DNA of 47,137 bases from Pachysolen tannophilus NRRL Y-2460 (Eukaryota): positions 1,104,924-1,152,060 of the forward strand of contig KV454015.1 of assembly GCA_001661245.1 (NCBI GenBank), read 5' to 3'. Below the pieces are notes generated by a model. That model was not told the DNA's origin, made no database searches, and saw nothing but the letters and a program-made list of their open reading frames with translations. Shown one piece after another: positions 10,660 through 21,162 of this stretch. A program made the position numbers and the translations under genes. The first letter of the stretch is position 1; each line of letters starts with the position of its first letter.

Positions 10660-12825
10660 ATGTCAGGTGCTGGAAATGGTCAACAGTATAACGGCGATGA
10701 CTTGTCGAAAGATTTGGAAAGATCTTCATTGAATGGTGGAGGTTCGGGTTCTCGTTTTAATCCAAGCAATGTTCAAGGTTTTCAACCAAATTTTGGTTCT
10801 CAGTCTTTTGTGCCAGGGCAATTTCAGCAACAACAACAAGCATATGCTCCATATCAGCAACAACAACAACCGCAACAACAGCAATTCCAGCAATTCCAGC
10901 CGCAGCAACAACAACAACAGCTGTCCTATGGTCAATACGGTTATAATAATGCTCCTTATAATAACAATTATAATCAAAACTACAATAATTTCAATAACAA
11001 TAATAAAGGTAATAATAATTTTAACAATTTTAATGGACAGCAACAGTCATATCAGTACCAGCCACAACAACAGCAATCCCAACAACCTCAAGCAATGTCC
11101 TTGGAGGATTATCAGAAACAGCAGAAGGAGAAGATGGCTTCTTTGAATAAGCCAATAAAGAAATCTTTAAAGCTTGATCTTAGTAGTAGCTCTGGTATTA
11201 AAATAGGTTCGGGTACTAGTACTGCGGCAAGTACTGCAAAGAAAGTAGATTCTGCTTCGGTTCCTGCTTCTACTTCAGTTTCTGCTTCAGCTTCTGTTAA
11301 TGAAAAGAAAGAAGAGCAACTGCCCCTGAAAGCGGAATCACAACCTCAACAACAACAACAACAACTGCAACCTGCTCTGGAGAAAAAGAAGGAATCAAAA
11401 GAAACTACCACTTCTTCTAACAAAAAAGATTCTTCAAAAACAGCAGCTTCACAAGCTGAATCAGCAGTTTCAAATGCAGATGCATTGGTCAAAGAACAAG
11501 AAGATGAAGTTGATCAAGAGGTTGTTAATGACATGTTTGGTGGTAAAGATCATCTTTCAATTATATTTATGGGTCACGTTGATGCTGGAAAATCCACAAT
11601 GGGTGGTAATATCTTGTATTTAACTGATGCTGTTGATAAACGTACAGTCGAAAAATATGAAAGAGAAGCTAAAGATGCTGGTAGACAAGGTTGGTATTTA
11701 TCATGGATTATGGATACCAATAAGGAAGAAAGAGCAGATGGTAAGACTATTGAAGTTGGCAGAGCATATTTCGAAACAGAAAAACGTCGTTATACAATCT
11801 TGGATGCTCCAGGACACAAGATGTACGTTTCAGAAATGATTGGTGGTGCTTCACAAGCAGATGTTGGTATCTTGGTTATATCTGCTAGAAAAGGTGAATA
11901 CGAAACAGGTTTTGAAAAAGGAGGTCAAACTAGAGAACATGCATTGTTGGCTAAGACTCAAGGTGTTAATAAACTTATTGTAGTTGTCAACAAAATGGAT
12001 GATGCAACAGTTCAATGGTCAAAAGAACGTTATGATGAATGTACCAATAAATTGGCAGTTTTCTTGAAAGGTGTTGGTTACCAAAAAAATGAAGTCATTT
12101 TTATGCCAGTATCTGGTTATACCGGTGCTGGTTTGAAGGACCGTGTCAGCAAGGAAGAATGTCCATGGTACGATGGACCATCTCTTTTAGAATACTTGGA
12201 TAATATGAAAACTGTTAACCGTCTTATCAATGCTCCATTCATGCTTCCTGTCTCTGGTAAGATGAAAGATTTAGGTACAGTTGTTGAAGGTAAGATTGAA
12301 AGTGGACATGTTAGAAGTAACCAAAAATTAATAATGATGCCAAATAGAACAAATGTCGAAGTAGTGACAATGTATAACGAAACCGAAGCTGAGACAGATG
12401 TTGCATACTGTGGTGAGCAAGTTAGAATCAAATTGAAAGGTATTGAAGAAGAAGATATTTCAAATGGATTTGTCTTGTGTTCTCCAAAATTCCCAGTCAA
12501 GACAGTTACCAAATTTGAAGCTCAAATTGCCATTGTTGAATTAAAATCCATCTTATCGACAGGATTCTCCTGTGTGATGCATATACATACAGCAATTGAA
12601 GAAGTCACTTTTTCTCTGTTGTTACATAAATTAGAAAAAGGTACTAATAGAAAATCAAAGAAACCACCTGCATTTGCCAAGAAGGGAATGAAAATCATTG
12701 CCATCTTAGAAACAGCAGACCCAGTATGTGTTGAGACATACGAAGATTATCCTCAATTAGGTCGCTTTACATTGAGAGATCAAGGTACAACCATTGCTAT
12801 TGGTAAGATCACCAAATTATTATAA
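10660..12825 (+). CDS. SUP35: Translation release factor eRF3 with Q/N-rich N domain
   Basis: GHVDAGKSTMGG, DAPGHKMYV, NKMDD, GRFTLRDQGTTIAIGKI. Q/N/Y-rich N domain followed by a charged M domain. Confidence 0.98.
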   Translation: MSGAGNGQQYNGDDLSKDLERSSLNGGGSGSRFNPSNVQGFQPNFGSQSFVPGQFQQQQQAYAPYQQQQQPQQQQFQQFQPQQQQQQLSYGQYGYNNAPYNNNYNQNYNNFNNNNKGNNNFNNFNGQQQSYQYQPQQQQSQQPQAMSLEDYQKQQKEKMASLNKPIKKSLKLDLSSSSGIKIGSGTSTAASTAKKVDSASVPASTSVSASASVNEKKEEQLPLKAESQPQQQQQQLQPALEKKKESKETTTSSNKKDSSKTAASQAESAVSNADALVKEQEDEVDQEVVNDMFGGKDHLSIIFMGHVDAGKSTMGGNILYLTDAVDKRTVEKYEREAKDAGRQGWYLSWIMDTNKEERADGKTIEVGRAYFETEKRRYTILDAPGHKMYVSEMIGGASQADVGILVISARKGEYETGFEKGGQTREHALLAKTQGVNKLIVVVNKMDDATVQWSKERYDECTNKLAVFLKGVGYQKNEVIFMPVSGYTGAGLKDRVSKEECPWYDGPSLLEYLDNMKTVNRLINAPFMLPVSGKMKDLGTVVEGKIESGHVRSNQKLIMMPNRTNVEVVTMYNETEAETDVAYCGEQVRIKLKGIEEEDISNGFVLCSPKFPVKTVTKFEAQIAIVELKSILSTGFSCVMHIHTAIEEVTFSLLLHKLEKGTNRKSKKPPAFAKKGMKIIAILETADPVCVETYEDYPQLGRFTLRDQGTTIAIGKITKLL

Positions 12826-12829
12826 GTAG

Positions 12830-12864
<35 letters not shown>

Positions 12865-13263
12865 CGAAATTGAAGTAAAGTAAAGTAATTAATCATTGCT
12901 TTATTTCTTTTTCAATTATTTTTGTCCTTGCTATCTAATTTTTTTGCGTTTTTGATTATCTTATGTTTTATTTATCAAGATTAAATTCAATATATGAATG
13001 AATATACATACCATAGTATAAACTGAATTGTAGAATTGTAGAAACCTTCAAATAATATTAAATTTACATCTGCAATTAGATGCACAAATTCAGCCCAAAT
13101 TTTGATGTACGCGAAATACAACTTTTGTACTACTAAAAGTTGAACATGAACAGTTTAATTATAAGAAGGTTCTTTTGGAAGGAATAACGTTATTGGGTTC
13201 TCTGGTTTAGTTTTTGTGGTAAATAACGAGATATTTGATTGCTTGGATGGGAAAATATTGAGA

Positions 13264-14787
13264 ATGTCAAAGGAGGCGCATTTGTTTGTTTTGATTCATG
13301 GTTTATGGGGAGGTCCTAGTCATTTAGATGTTATCGAACATACGATTAAGGATCTATTGGATGATGAAAATGTTTATACTTTAAAACCCAAGAGCTTTGC
13401 TTATTTCAAGAGTTATGATGGAGTTAAAGTATGTGGCCAAAGAGTTATCGAAGAAATTTTCAAGAAATTATTAGAGTTAAAATCTGAAAAAGATGTCTTG
13501 GTTGTGAAGATTAGTTTTGTTGGTTATTCATTAGGGGGTTTGATTGCAAGATATTGTATTGGACAATTAATGAAGTTGGATAATTTCTTTGATCTCATAG
13601 AACCTACTTATTTTACAACTTTTGCAACACCTCATTTAGGTGTGAAATTTTTTAAGCAGAATGCATTGGATCGTATTTTAAATTTCTTGGGAACAAGATT
13701 TATTGGTCAATCTGGTAAAGATTTATTTATAGTTGATGATGATCAACTTTTATTGAAATTGAGTAATCCAGATGAAGTTTATTATAACGGGTTATTAAAA
13801 TTCAAGAAAAGGATTTTATTAGCAAATGTTCGTAATGATAGAACAGTTCCATTTTATACGGCATTTATTACCCAATATCAACCTTTTATTGATTGGGATA
13901 ATATTGTCTTAAAATATCATGAAAACTTACCGGAACTTTGTATTGGTAGAAAGAAACAATTTAGTGCTAATATTGTAAATTTAAAAGAATCAAAAAGAGT
14001 AGATGATGAAAATATGAGAGCTTATTCTTTTGATAGCATTATTCGTTATAGTATTATCACTCTTATTGTTTTCTTTGTCTTTCCCTTTTGGCTTCCACCG
14101 ATAATTATTGCTTCCTCAGTTGCCACTATTCAGTCATATTTTAGAATACGTTGGACTCCAGAATATAATCTTTCTCAAAAATGGGAAGAAACTCGTCAAC
14201 AATTATTTCAAAGCCTGAAAATTGTGGAAAATTCAATTGACAATGACAATGCTAGCGCTACAACTCTGACAGCTGAATTTTCTGAACTTACTGGTAACGC
14301 TGTTGAAGGTGTATTGGCAGCTGAAGAAAAATTCAATTCAAGAACGCTGAAAGAATCAAAGAAATCTACTTCTAGAGATAGCTCCAAGACTAGAAGTGAA
14401 CTAGAACCCAAGCTTCCAAAATACTTTGATGGGAAAGTTTCATACAACTATAAACGTGTCGCTTCTCTTTTGGCCAAAAAAAATGGATCTTCATCTTTTA
14501 AAGAAGACAATTATATTGATTTTACTACTAAATCACTAGATCAATTAAGTGATACTTATAAATTATTAAGCAATCCTGAAACTTTGGTGCAGTTTGATTC
14601 CACAAGACTAACTATTTTGAAAAATCTTAGCTCTATTCCATTCATAAAAATTCCGGTTTACATAGACGCAATTAATTCACACGATTCTATTGTCTCCAGG
14701 AGAGGTCTTCAAAGTAGTCCTAGAGGCTCCTCAGTTATTTTCCTATGGGGTTCTATGTTGAAATATTTTGAAGAAACTACTGCATAG
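13264..14787 (+). CDS. DUF676 lipase/serine esterase, Lpl1/Rog1-like
   Basis: HLFVLIHGLWG, SFVGYSLGGLIARY (GxSxG), TFATPHLG, NDRTVPFYT, and a hydrophobic segment as in the lipid-droplet phospholipase Lpl1. Confidence 0.85.
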   Translation: MSKEAHLFVLIHGLWGGPSHLDVIEHTIKDLLDDENVYTLKPKSFAYFKSYDGVKVCGQRVIEEIFKKLLELKSEKDVLVVKISFVGYSLGGLIARYCIGQLMKLDNFFDLIEPTYFTTFATPHLGVKFFKQNALDRILNFLGTRFIGQSGKDLFIVDDDQLLLKLSNPDEVYYNGLLKFKKRILLANVRNDRTVPFYTAFITQYQPFIDWDNIVLKYHENLPELCIGRKKQFSANIVNLKESKRVDDENMRAYSFDSIIRYSIITLIVFFVFPFWLPPIIIASSVATIQSYFRIRWTPEYNLSQKWEETRQQLFQSLKIVENSIDNDNASATTLTAEFSELTGNAVEGVLAAEEKFNSRTLKESKKSTSRDSSKTRSELEPKLPKYFDGKVSYNYKRVASLLAKKNGSSSFKEDNYIDFTTKSLDQLSDTYKLLSNPETLVQFDSTRLTILKNLSSIPFIKIPVYIDAINSHDSIVSRRGLQSSPRGSSVIFLWGSMLKYFEETTA

Positions 14788-15193
14788 ATTTATTCATTAC
14801 TCAGTGGCTAAAAGGGGTTTATTTGAGTTTTTAATTTAATTTCATTTTCGCAATATAAGGAAGGGGTAACATTTTTGTTTTTAACTGCTTTTAATTTATA
14901 CACAAATACATATAAATATATATATTTATAAAAGTAAAATATTTATTTAGTTTCTAACATTTTAAAACATTTAAAAAAGTTGTAATTTATTCGTTAAGAT
15001 ATACAAAACGATCAAGAGAAAAAAAAAAAAAAAAGGAAGATAAGAAACTATTTTATAATGATAATAATAATAGCAGTACTAATACCAGTTAACTGAATTC
15101 TTGATTAGAAATAAAGAAGAAGTATAAAAGTTTGAATTTTCAGTTTTATTTTTTTTTTGTAGGTGATTTTCTATTTTGATGAAGTTTTTTTCT

Positions 15194-17092
15194 TTACTCC
15201 TTTAAAGTGACATAATTTGCAGGAAATAATTTTCTGTCGGCACCAAATGTACCCAACCACCAATCTTCGTCAATAAATTCAATATCAGTAATCAAATCGC
15301 CTTCTTTGAAAGTCAATTCATTGTCTTCAGTGGCATCATAATCATAGTCGGCAATGGCATCTTTACCACTAGAGACTCCAGGCTCATGGCTTTCTTCTGT
15401 TTTTGGTTCCTCTTTTGCAGACTCAGCATCCAGTAATTTGACATATGAAGATGGGAATAATCCTGTTTCGCCTTTGGAATTGGTACCTTTCCACCAATCT
15501 TCATCTGCAAACACTATATTAACTATCAATTCACCTTCTTCAAAAGAGATTTCGTTATCTTCATCTTTATCGTAGGAATATTCTGCAATGGCCTTATGTT
15601 GTGAAGTTTCATCCGGTTCTTGTCTAGCCGGTGGTGGAGGTACTGCTCGTTCTTCTTTTACTCCATCTTGTGCATGTTCAGCCAAAGGTGGTCTACTAAA
15701 AGTTTCCTGTTGTGGTTCAACTTTTTCTTCATTCTCTTCCTTCTCTTCATCTTCAGAAGGTTTGGTAAAGGAAGATGCAATATTGTGTCTTGCCGCTACT
15801 GGAGGTGGTGAAAATTCATTTTGTTCCTCTTCACTTTTCTTAGATTCTTGTGCTAATCTCAGTTTAATATCACCAATATGCACATTCTTTGTTTCTTCCG
15901 CTTCATCTTCTGCTTCAGTTGAAACATATTCAGTTTTTTCTTCTGGTTCTACAAAAGACTTGGTTGAAACATTGTTATCTTTTTCTTCTGGTTCTACAGA
16001 CTTGAATTTACCATGTTTCTCGGCCCAAATTTGTGCTGGAGTCTTTCCATTTTCAGCTCCAAAATCACGGGATGCACCACCAATAACTTTATTGTCATGT
16101 TTACCAGATAAAGAGTAAGGAGTAGGTGGTTTGGTACCGAATGAAGGAGCTTTAACTTCATGATATCTTGAACTAACAGTATGCGAGGTACTTGGTCTTG
16201 GTAAAGAAGTTAACCTTCCATTTGATGAAGTATCATTGTCTTTAATTGAGAATGATTTTATTCTTTCATTTAAAGACTCAGGTTCTAAGTTTTCTTCTTT
16301 CTTGGTTGATACCTCATCATCTCTTGATTTAGTCACTGGAGTCGAGGAAATAGTATCATTTTTACCTTTTCTCAATTGTTCAATATTTACCTTTGTTGGT
16401 TTATAAGCAGAAGGTAAATTTTCTAAAGGTTTTTTATTAAAATCTCTAACTTCAGTTTCTGCTTCACCATCCCATTCATCGGCATCTTCTTTAGATACAA
16501 TTTTCCAATCATCTTCAATTCTTGAAGAAGGCTTCAGTTTCGTAGGAGGTGCCGGCTTTGAAGCAGAAACAGGTTTAGAAACAGAAGATGAAGAAATAGG
16601 TGTAGGAGCAATCTTCAGTTTTGGTGAAGAAGATTTTGAAAATAAATTTGACGCAGTAGATAATGATTGAATTGAATATCTTGCGCCTGCAGCATCACTT
16701 ATAGTTTTCAAGATATCATTAACATCCAAATCATCCGCATCTCTAGCAGTGATTTGAACATGATAACCTCTCAAGACTTTACTAACTTCACCAAAATTGG
16801 CTCCAAATGAAATCTTAGATTTTAAAGGACAATTTTCAGGACACCAACCTAATAACAACAATTTCTTAACATCGGAACCAGGAGCGGTAACCTTGGCTAA
16901 CCCAAACTGAACTTTACCATCCTCAAATTCAGAAACAAAATCAGCAATGCCACCAACATCCCCACCGGTTGGTTTTAAAGCAGAATTGGCATCCACAGTG
17001 AACACCGTATACGAATCTTCCGAACTTGTAACAACTCTGTTATAGTCTTCCTTAATTTCTTTTGAAAAAGTGGCCAAATCCAACTTCTCCAT
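15194..17092 (-). CDS. ABP1: Actin-binding protein Abp1 (ADF-H domain plus two SH3 domains)
   Basis: ADF-H (GSDVKKLLLLGWCPE, GYHVQITARD, AAGARYSIQ), GKTPAQIWAEK, two C-terminal SH3 domains ending GLFPSSYV and LFPANYV. Confidence 0.95.
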   Translation of the reverse strand: MEKLDLATFSKEIKEDYNRVVTSSEDSYTVFTVDANSALKPTGGDVGGIADFVSEFEDGKVQFGLAKVTAPGSDVKKLLLLGWCPENCPLKSKISFGANFGEVSKVLRGYHVQITARDADDLDVNDILKTISDAAGARYSIQSLSTASNLFSKSSSPKLKIAPTPISSSSVSKPVSASKPAPPTKLKPSSRIEDDWKIVSKEDADEWDGEAETEVRDFNKKPLENLPSAYKPTKVNIEQLRKGKNDTISSTPVTKSRDDEVSTKKEENLEPESLNERIKSFSIKDNDTSSNGRLTSLPRPSTSHTVSSRYHEVKAPSFGTKPPTPYSLSGKHDNKVIGGASRDFGAENGKTPAQIWAEKHGKFKSVEPEEKDNNVSTKSFVEPEEKTEYVSTEAEDEAEETKNVHIGDIKLRLAQESKKSEEEQNEFSPPPVAARHNIASSFTKPSEDEEKEENEEKVEPQQETFSRPPLAEHAQDGVKEERAVPPPPARQEPDETSQHKAIAEYSYDKDEDNEISFEEGELIVNIVFADEDWWKGTNSKGETGLFPSSYVKLLDAESAKEEPKTEESHEPGVSSGKDAIADYDYDATEDNELTFKEGDLITDIEFIDEDWWLGTFGADRKLFPANYVTLKE

Positions 17093-18032
17093 TTTTCTCT
17101 ATAAATTTTCTGCACTTCCTCAATTAAATTTCTCGCCTTTCAATTGATTCAATTAATTCAATTAATTTCACTTGATTCTAACTAAACCTATTAATCGTTA
17201 CAACTATCTTCAACCTGGTTGGTTTCATTGAAATTTTGCGAGAACGACAATTTGAACCACCCAAACCGGAAATCATGTGACTTTCCGCCCGTGTCACTCC
17301 TCTTTTTTTTTTCTTCTTTCTTTCTCTCTCTCTCTGTGACATGACACTCTTTTAATTTTTTTTGTCCATTTTTTTTGTTTTTGCCCCCTTTTTTTTTTTG
17401 TCCACTTTTTTTTGTCCGTTTTTTGGCGACACGAACAATTAAATAAAAAAAATAAAAGGTCGTGTGTATTGATACATAAATATATTTATATACATACATA
17501 TTTCAACTATCAGTAACTGAATTAACTAACTAACTAAACTAAACTGCCTTTAATACCGGAAGGCGCGAAAAAATCAAAAAAAATCAAAAAAAATGTCAAG
17601 TCTGCGCGCGGATGCAATGTTTTTGCCTAATTGGGTAATGGTGGTAGTAATAGCAACAATCCAGATTTGTTATCGGGGTGCATATGTTGCAGCGATTTTC
17701 GACAAATTTATCCCAAGATTGGTTAAAAATATAAGGTTGGATAGATAAAGGAATATTGGTTTAGGACATTGGAATTAGGTAAAGTTAGGGGGTTGAATTG
17801 ATTTAATTATATTATTGAATGTGTCTTATTTTTTTGAAAAAAAAAAAGAATGTTTTATTGTTTTCCCCGATAACCGTTCTAAGCTATGTTTCAGTAACTG
17901 ATTACAATTTTTTTTTTATTTTTCTTTATTTTTTTTAATTTTTTTATTTTATGTTTCAGTGAGTGCATTGAGTAGCGTAGCATAAACGGGTTTTATGGGA
18001 ATTGTACAAAGATTAAAAGATAGGAGGCTACT

Positions 18033-19727
18033 ATGGCGTCTAAAGCTTTAACTGTGGTGGTTAAAAAGAAAAAGACAAAGACGTATTCTGGATGTTGGAC
18101 TTGTCGGGAACGAGGTTTGAAATGTGATGAATCAAGACCAAGCTGCTTGCCCTGTATAAAAAGTGGTCTTAACTGTGCTGGATATTCTGCTAGATTATGT
18201 TGGGATCATAATCATACTGATAATTTGAGAAGATTGATAATTTATAATCATGAGAAATATCTGTACATGATGAAAAATGATGTTGAAATTAATTCACTCT
18301 TGGAAGGCATTGATGCATTAGATGAAAATGAATTTGATTCATCTATGAATCTTGAAAGATTTTTACCCTTTGGTGTTTTCCCAATTAAAAATTCTAATAC
18401 ACAACTGGATTTTTCCGAAAAATTGCCATCGGAAACAATTTTATTAGAATTTTGGGAAAAAAAAGTATTACCATTGTATATGCCATTTGGAGAAGATTCT
18501 AAAATTTTTGGAAAAATTGTACAGTACTATTTATCTTGTACTCACAATAATGATGTTTCTGAAAAAATTTTGAAAAATAGTTTATGTTCCTCATCGTTAT
18601 TGGTAATGTCACTTAACAGTAACAATAACAAGTCTGAGAAATTGCAAAGTTATTATCATTCTTTAGCAATTGGTTTTAGAAACAAATCGTTTAATGCTAT
18701 AGTTGAGATTTTAGAGAAAAATATAACTCCAGAAGATCAATACATAATAATGGTTGCCGAACTCAATTTTCTTTTAACAGAATCAATTGCAAGATTTGGT
18801 GATAATGCTGTTAATTGGTTTGATCATCTCAAATATTCAGCAGAAATCTTACAAAAGATAAAATTTGAAACATCAACTATTGATAGTGATTATAAAAATG
18901 TTTATTTTATGAGTCAATATATAAAATTTCTTTGTGCAACTTCATTTACAGTAAATTATTTTATGGATATAAATCCTTCTATTTTAATCATTGATGAAAA
19001 TGATTTAATATTTGATAAAAAAAATGGATTTATTCTTGATAATTATGGGATTAATAGATGTGCATATTATTGTTTTTCAAAATTGGTAAGTATTGCCAAA
19101 AAAAATTATAATTATGATAGGCTGAAAAAATTGAAAAATAACAATATAAGTTTATTTGCCAATTGGAAATCAATGGAATATTATTTAGAATCACAATTGG
19201 AAGTTTTCCAAATTGAGGCTACTTTATGGCATGAAAAGGAAAGATTTATAGTTAAAGATAAAGGTGATTTAGTATATGAACGGTCTTTTATTTTTTATTC
19301 AGGATTATACGTTTATTTTTTAAGAGAATTTTATAGTACCAATCATTATGAGAATTCAACTCAATCAGTTATTGATGAATGTTTAGTACATCTTGAAGCT
19401 TTTTTAAAAATAATACAAGAAAAATCAAAATCATCATTAAAGGAAAAAAAAAATTTTGAAGATAATAATAATTTTTTCGCAATTGGGTTAATTTGGCTGC
19501 TTTTAATGATTGCATCAGAATCAAGAAAACCAAAATCTCAGGAATCTTGTTTAAAAATATTTAAAACTTTAAAAGAATCAAATAAAGTTAAAGTCACATC
19601 TATAAATTGTTGCATTGATATAGTTAAAGAGTACTGGAGAAAAAGAGATCAAGGGTTAAACAACAGTAAATTACTTATTAACACCATTATAAATGAATTA
19701 CAAGTATATGACATCTTACTATACTAG
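18033..19727 (+). CDS. Zn(II)2Cys6 transcription factor (Arg81-like cluster, probable Fungal_trans_2 C-terminus)
   Basis: KTYSGCWTCRERGLKCDESRPSCLPCIKSGLNCAGY six-Cys cluster followed by RLCW. Confidence 0.85.
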   Translation: MASKALTVVVKKKKTKTYSGCWTCRERGLKCDESRPSCLPCIKSGLNCAGYSARLCWDHNHTDNLRRLIIYNHEKYLYMMKNDVEINSLLEGIDALDENEFDSSMNLERFLPFGVFPIKNSNTQLDFSEKLPSETILLEFWEKKVLPLYMPFGEDSKIFGKIVQYYLSCTHNNDVSEKILKNSLCSSSLLVMSLNSNNNKSEKLQSYYHSLAIGFRNKSFNAIVEILEKNITPEDQYIIMVAELNFLLTESIARFGDNAVNWFDHLKYSAEILQKIKFETSTIDSDYKNVYFMSQYIKFLCATSFTVNYFMDINPSILIIDENDLIFDKKNGFILDNYGINRCAYYCFSKLVSIAKKNYNYDRLKKLKNNNISLFANWKSMEYYLESQLEVFQIEATLWHEKERFIVKDKGDLVYERSFIFYSGLYVYFLREFYSTNHYENSTQSVIDECLVHLEAFLKIIQEKSKSSLKEKKNFEDNNNFFAIGLIWLLLMIASESRKPKSQESCLKIFKTLKESNKVKVTSINCCIDIVKEYWRKRDQGLNNSKLLINTIINELQVYDILLY

Positions 19728-19842
19728 CGATGTGTTTATATATATACATATATATATAGAGAGTATAGATAGATCTTGAGATTACGAATACAAATCTCTC
19801 TTAGTGCATTTTAGAAATGGAAATTAAATAAAAAAAAAATTA

Positions 19843-19915
19843 TGGACGAGATCGGAATCGAACCAATGACCTTCTGCTTGCAAGGCAGACGCGCTACCAA
19901 CTACGCCACACGCCC
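19843..19915 (-). tRNA. tRNA-Ala(UGC)
   Basis: GGGCGTGTGGCGTAGTTGGTAGCGCG-TCTGC-CT TGC AA-GCAGA-AGGTC-ATTGG TTCGATT CCGAT-CTCGTCCA. G3:U70 Ala identity pair. T-run terminator downstream. Confidence 0.96.
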
Positions 19916-20159
19916 AGTATTTATTTTAAACACGGAGACAAAAACAAACTACTGCAGCAGCAGATTGATTGATTGAAATCATATCTTCTTTCAAATTAAC
20001 ACCTTTTAAACATCAATGAAGAAAATAGTGAATAAGTTCTTGGGAAAATATGATTAAGAGCATTTGAATTAGAAAAGCCAAAATAAAAAGAAGAGAAATG
20101 AATTTTGATTTTTTTGTCCTTTTTTTTTTTTTTTTTTAATTATTTTTTTTATTGTTTAG

Positions 20160-20746
20160 NNNNNNNNNNNNNNNNNNNNNNNNNNNNNNNNNNNNNNNNN
20201 NNNNNNNNNNNNNNNNNNNNNNNNNNNNNNNNNNNNNNNNNNNNNNNNNNNNNNNNNNNNNNNNNNNNNNNNNNNNNNNNNNNNNNNNNNNNNNNNNNNN
20301 NNNNNNNNNNNNNNNNNNNNNNNNNNNNNNNNNNNNNNNNNNNNNNNNNNNNNNNNNNNNNNNNNNNNNNNNNNNNNNNNNNNNNNNNNNNNNNNNNNNN
20401 NNNNNNNNNNNNNNNNNNNNNNNNNNNNNNNNNNNNNNNNNNNNNNNNNNNNNNNNNNNNNNNNNNNNNNNNNNNNNNNNNNNNNNNNNNNNNNNNNNNN
20501 NNNNNNNNNNNNNNNNNNNNNNNNNNNNNNNNNNNNNNNNNNNNNNNNNNNNNNNNNNNNNNNNNNNNNNNNNNNNNNNNNNNNNNNNNNNNNNNNNNNN
20601 NNNNNNNNNNNNNNNNNNNNNNNNNNNNNNNNNNNNNNNNNNNNNNNNNNNNNNNNNNNNNNNNNNNNNNNNNNNNNNNNNNNNNNNNNNNNNNNNNNNN
20701 NNNNNNNNNNNNNNNNNNNNNNNNNNNNNNNNNNNNNNNNNNNNNN
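20160..20746. other. Assembly gap (587 N)
   Basis: Run of N. Confidence 1.
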
Positions 20747-20880
20747 TTGTAAATTTTAAATTTTTTTTTTTTTTTTTTGTACCTATTATTTCTTTTTTTT
20801 AAGATGCCTCTATATAGATAACACAATAAATAACATCATTTATTATATATCAACTAGAATTTTGAGTATTATATATTAAA

Positions 20881-21162
20881 ATGGCTCAAGGACTGTTGAA
20901 ATTAAAGAGCAAGAAGCCAGCCAGGTTGACGAAGAAACAACAAAATCCGAAAAAGGCTGCACCAAAGATCTATAAACCAAAGAAAAATCAATCTACGATA
21001 ACAACATCGTCTTTGAATAAATTCCATTCATCATCTTTAATATCAAATACAGAAAAACTTATTGCTAGTAGAGTGGGTCATTTAGAACTTATAAAAGGAT
21101 CAAGAAGAGAAATAGAAAAAATTGAAAAATTACAAAATCAAAAGCAAGCAACAAAAAAATGA
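20881..21162 (+). CDS. UPF0390/DUF2462 small basic protein (YDL085C-A-like)
   Basis: MAQGLLKLKSK...KKAAPK...TEKLIASRVGHLELIKGSRRE matches my recollection of this family. Confidence 0.8.
   Translation: MAQGLLKLKSKKPARLTKKQQNPKKAAPKIYKPKKNQSTITTSSLNKFHSSSLISNTEKLIASRVGHLELIKGSRREIEKIEKLQNQKQATKK

Noticed and set aside
15313..16118. Overlapping ORFs inside ABP1, including a 176-aa plus-strand ORF, and similar nested ORFs in SUP35, MES1, RPB2, VTC4 and CDC45
   Set aside because: They are antisense or alternate-frame shadows caused by codon bias, with no recognisable motifs.
17191..17499. 102-aa Lys-rich ORF upstream of ABP1, and similar ORFs at 8156, 27112, 31988, 33742 and 45935
   Set aside because: They are translations of poly-A/T promoter or terminator tracts.
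19843..19915. Possible reassigned tRNA(CAG)
   Set aside because: The anticodon loop reads CT-TGC-AA, an ordinary Ala(UGC) anticodon. No CAG tRNA is present in this window.
20105..20826. Three ORFs of more than 200 aa in the ORF track
   Set aside because: They are artefacts of the N gap (poly-X translation).
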